Origin: Squalus acanthias | Taxonomy: Eukaryota | Length of the DNA stretch: 64,000 nucleotides | Reading direction: 5' to 3' | Assembly (NCBI GenBank): GCA_030390025.1 | Contig: CM059432.1 | Coordinates: 149,670,001-149,734,000 of the forward strand | In this document: positions 59,773-64,000 of the stretch, one piece after another | Position numbering within the stretch: position 1 is the stretch's first letter | Layout: the number at the start of each line of letters is the position of its first letter | Notes under the pieces: generated by a model | The model's database searches: none | Told to the model about the DNA's origin: nothing | Seen by the model: the letters and a program-made list of their open reading frames with translations, nothing else | Program-made: the position numbers and the translations under genes

Positions 59773-61486
59773 CTGTTTCTCTCTCCACAGATGCTGCCTG
59801 ACCTGCTGAGTATTTCCAGCATTTTCTGTTGTTGTTACAGAAGACAACTGATGGGGTGTACATAACCAAATGCTTGATGCACTGGGAAGCCTACCAGAAA
59901 GCCCATGCTCAATGTCAAGGAGCATGGAGGAGTCCAGCACCAACTTGGTAGTTGCACAGAGCTTGGAGCCCTTCCTTTCTAACATGGAATGGGGTGGTCA
60001 CCTCCATCAGCACACTTGTGGAATCAACCACGATGCAGAGTCTGATGGGCGATATCTCCACTTCCATTGCAGCACAAACAGCTTCCACCAAAAGTCAGAC
60101 TGCTGCAGTGGAAGCTCAGACTCATGTCATGAAAGCTCAGACTGCTGCCATCATGGCTCTGGATACCAACATTCAAAGGGGCTTCCAGGGTGTCACAGCG
60201 CTCCAACAAGATTACTAGCATTGCCGAGGTGCCACCCGGGGGAGTGGCAGTGGCTCCGTGGACCAAGAATCTGCTTTCCTCTCTCAGGATGGCAGCATTC
60301 GTGCTCCCACCCCTGCCACTCCGCCAGTGCCGTTACTGTTACCTGTCAGCCAGCCAGCCCAGACTGCTGCAGCCCAGGCTGAGATGGTGCAGTCTGAAGC
60401 CGGGCCTTCTCACCCCAGAGCTCGCCCTCCAAGGCCATCTGCAGTCTCCTCAATTGATGGTCAATAGCCTTCCACCAGCCATGTTGGAGCCACTGGGGAA
60501 GCACCTCGTAGAAGCACTTGGAGAGGCAAAGGCACACGGAAGGCAGGCACTAAGGGAATGCACAAAGGTGATTAATTTATTTTTGTATGTTATTATGTCA
60601 TGATTTAATTGATAAATTTGGATTGGAATGAATATTTTGTATAGGCTTTTATTTTGTGCATTTTGGGAAGGATGACAATGTGATGATCAGTGATAGAGGA
60701 AAGGTAAGGAGTGTGCGACTGTTGGTGAATGGGGAGGTGAGGTTAGGGGTTACTGGAATCGCTCATGAATTATTTGATCACATAGAGCCCGAGCAGAAAG
60801 GGACTGTCTACGTTGCAGCCTCCCTTCCTCTTCCTCCACTTCCTATCCCTCCTCCTCCTCAGCTTCATGTCTGATAGGTGGTGGCAAGGGCTGTTCCCTC
60901 ATAATGGCCAGGTTGTGCAGTCTGCAGCAGACTATCACAAATCTTGATACCGCTCAGCTAAGTGCTGCAGGGCTCCTCCAGAGCGGTCCAGTCAGCGGAA
61001 CCGTTGCTTGAGGACACCAGTGTTGTGCTCTATAACATTCCCTGTGGCAGCATGGCTCTCATTGTAGGCCTGCTGTGCACATGTGCGTGGGTCCCGGACC
61101 AGAGTCACGAACCATCTTACGAGTGGATAACCCTCGTCACCCAGTAGCCACTCTTTGATTTGCCGTGGTGGTTCAAATACAGGTGGCAGAGGGGCTTGCC
61201 GCAGAATGAACGAATTGTGACTACTGCCAGGATACCGGGCATTGGCCTGCATGATGCGCTGTCTGTGGTCGTATACCAGCTGCACATTGAGGGAGTGGAA
61301 TCCCTTTCGGTTCATGAAAATGGCCGAGTTGAGATGAGGCGCCGCAAAGTAATGTGCGTGCAATCAATGGCACCCTACACCATGGGGAAGCCTGCAATCC
61401 GTGTAAACCCTCGTGCTCACATTGCCTGCTTGAGGGAATGAGGTGAAGCTGTCTCTCCTTGTATAGAGATCCTCAGTGACTTCCTT

Positions 61487-64000
61487 ATAGAATCATAGAA
61501 AATTACAGCACGAAAGGAGGCCATTTCGGCCCATCGTGTCCGCGCCGGCCAACAAAGAGCTATCCAGCCTAATCCCACTTCCCAGCTCTTGGTCTGTGGC
61601 CCTGCAGGTTAGAGCATCCCAAGTGCACATCCAAGTACTTTTTAAATGTGGTTAGGGTTCCTGCCTCTACCACCCTTTCAGGCAGTGAGTTCCAGACCCC
61701 CACAACCCTCTGGGTGAAGAAATTTCCCCTCAAATCCCCTCTAAACCATCCACCAATTACTTTAAATCTGTGCCCCCTGGTTTTTAACCCCTCTGCTAAG
61801 GGAAATAGGTCCTTTCTATCCACTTTATCTATGCCCCTCATAATTCTATACACCTCAGTAAGGTCTCCCCTCAGCCTCCTCTGTTCCAAGGAAAACAGAC
61901 CCAGCCTATCCAGTCTTTCCTCATAGCTAAGATTCTCTACTCCCGGCAACATCCTTGTAAATCTCCTCTGTACCCTCTCAAGTGCAATCACATCTTTCCT
62001 GTAATGTGGTGACCAGAACTGCACGCAGTACTCTAGCTGAGGCCTAACTAGTGTTTTATACAGTTGAAGCATAACCGCCCTGCTTTTGTATTCTATGCCA
62101 CGGCTAATAAAGGCAAGCATTCCGTATGCCTTCTTAACCACCTTATCTACCTGACCTGCTACCTTCAGGGATCTGTGGACATGCACTCCAAGGTCCCTTT
62201 GTTCCTCTACACTACTCAGTGTCCTACCATTTAATGTGTATTCCCTTTCCTTGTTAGCCCTCCCCAAATGCATTACCTCACACTTCTCCGGATTGCATTT
62301 CATTTGCCACTGTTCTGCCCACCTGACCAATTTATTGATATCTTCCTGCAGTCTACAGCTTCCTTCTCCAGTATCAACCACACAACCGATTTTAGTATCA
62401 TCTGCAAACTTCTTAATCATACCCCTTATATTCAAGTCTAGATTATTGATATATACCACAAAAAGCAAGGGACCTAGTACTGAGCCCTGCGGAACCCCAC
62501 TGGAAACAGCCTTCCAGCACAAAAACACCCATCAACCATTACCCTCTGCTTCCTGTCTCCGAGCCAGTTTTGAATCCAACTTGAAACTTTGCCCTGGATC
62601 CCATGGGCTTTTAACTTCGTGACCAGTCTGCCATGTGGAACCTTATCAAAAGCCTTGCTAAAGTCCATATACACTACATCAAATCGCACTACCCTCATCT
62701 ACCCTCCTTGTTACCTCCTCAAAAAATTTAATCAAGTTTGTCAGACACGACCTTCCCTTAACAAATCCGTGCTGACTATCCTTGATTAATCCGTGTCTTT
62801 CTAAATGAAGATTTATCCTGTCCTTCAGAATTCTTTCCAATAATTTTCCCACCACCGAGGTTAGGTTGACTGGCCTATAATTACTCGGTCTATCCTTTTC
62901 TCCCTTTTTAAACAAGGGTACCACATTAGCAGTCCTCCAGTCCTTCGACACCACACCTGAAGCCAGAGAGGATTGAAAAATGATGGTCAGGACCTCTGCT
63001 ATTTCCTCTTTTGCTTCGCTTAACAGCCTGGGATACATTTCATCCGGGCCTGGGGATTTATCCACTTTTAAAGCTGCTAAACCCCTTAATACTTCCTCTC
63101 TCACTATGTTTATTTCATCTAATATTTCACACTCCTCCCCCCTGATAGCAATGTCTGCTTCGCCCCTCTCTTTTATGAAAACAGACGCAAAGTATTCATT
63201 AAAAACCCGACAGACATCTCCCGCCTCCACACACACATTACCCTCATGATCTCTAATAGGCCCTACCCTTGCTTTAGTTATCCTCTTACTCTTAATATAT
63301 TTATAAAACATCTTTGGGTTTTCCTTGATTTTACTTGCCAAGAATTTTTCATGCTCTCTCTTTGCTTTCCTAATATCCTTTTTAATTGCACCCCTGCACT
63401 TTCTATACTCCTCTAAAGATTCTGGAGTATTTAGCCCTCGGTATCTGTCATACTCCTCCTTTTTTTCTTTATCCTACCCTGTACGTCCCTAGACATCCAG
63501 GGGGCTCTAGATTTGTTAGTCCCACCTTTTTTTCTTGAAGGGCACATGTTTGGTCTGAACCCTCCGGATCTCCTCCTTGAATGCCTCCCACTGCTCTGAC
63601 ACTGATTTACCTTCAAGTAGCTGTTTCCAGTCTACTATGGCTAAATCCCCTCTGAGCTTAGCAAAATTTGCTTTTCCCCAATTTAGAATTTTTATTCCTG
63701 GTCTATCCTTGTCCTTTTCCATAACTACCTTAAATCTAACAGAATTATGGTCACTAGCACCAAAATGCTCCCCCACTGATACGCCTTCTACCTGCCCAGC
63801 TTCATTCTCTAAAACTAAGTCCAGAACTGCCCCCTCCCTTGTTGGGCTTGCTACATACTGGCTAAAAAAGTTCTCCTGGATGCATTTTAGGAATTCCGCA
63901 CCCTCTATACCCTTCACATTAATTTTATCCCAGTTACTATTGGGGTAGTTGAAATCCCCTACTATTACTGCCCTATAGTTTTTGCACTTCTCAGAAATTT
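61487..64000 (-). mobile_element. CR1 LINE ORF2 (end of APE region, RT, 3' end), lightly frameshifted, runs off window
   Basis: PTREGAVLDLVL, GASDHNSV, KSPGPDEMYPRLL, YMDFSKAFDKVPH, KFADDTK. Confidence 0.93.

Larger units (their letters stand above)
57530..59835 (+). mobile_element. Penelope-like element (GIY-YIG and tail with hammerhead at 59736-59772) split by CR1
   Basis: ...NLVYCIRCSR stops at about 57709 and GLLYIGET resumes at about 59189. Confidence 0.88.
56850..61486. mobile_element. Fragmented Harbinger: Myb gene 3' part (+; about 56990-57090 and 59840-60570) and transposase (60750-61486, -)
   Basis: 60200-60570 resembles the reverse complement of 35925-36240. Transposase motifs [51 protein letters not shown]. 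Confidence 0.75.

Noticed and set aside
61569..63917. Active RT gene or retron-like system
   Set aside because: Ordinary CR1 ORF2 broken by several frameshifts.

Overview
This is eukaryotic, repeat-rich vertebrate DNA. The repeat families (CR1 LINEs, Deu-domain tRNA SINEs, Penelope-like elements, Harbinger transposons) point to a cartilaginous fish, which is an inference. One host gene is supported: STAC (SH3 and cysteine-rich domain protein, STAC1 type) on the minus strand. Six GT-AG coding exons between 30103 and 11921 splice in frame (726 nt, 242 codons) and encode a complete C1 zinc finger. The SH3 exons were not found and probably lie left of the window. A canonical first exon was not found either, but there is a candidate alternative promoter and 'M-E' start exon at about 42.0-42.6 kb. 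Most of the rest is nested mobile DNA. This includes six Harbinger (HARBI1-like) transposase relics, one end-to-end Harbinger with a Myb/SANT gene, terminal inverted repeats (TIRs) and a 3-bp target-site duplication (TSD) in a palindromic 15-bp target, and several Harbinger MITEs. There are also many CR1 and L2 fragments, a second LINE family with its partner SINE, GIY-YIG Penelope relics, a hAT/Charlie element and an LTR remnant with a tRNA-Leu primer-binding site. The most notable hidden structures are minimal hammerhead-ribozyme motifs in the Penelope tails, a 16-copy tandem array of Pol III B-boxes, two inverted MITEs inserted at one AAT site, and a 1.27-kb inversion that splits a transposase. 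There are no prokaryotic genes or CRISPR arrays. All calls were made by eye; no searches were run.
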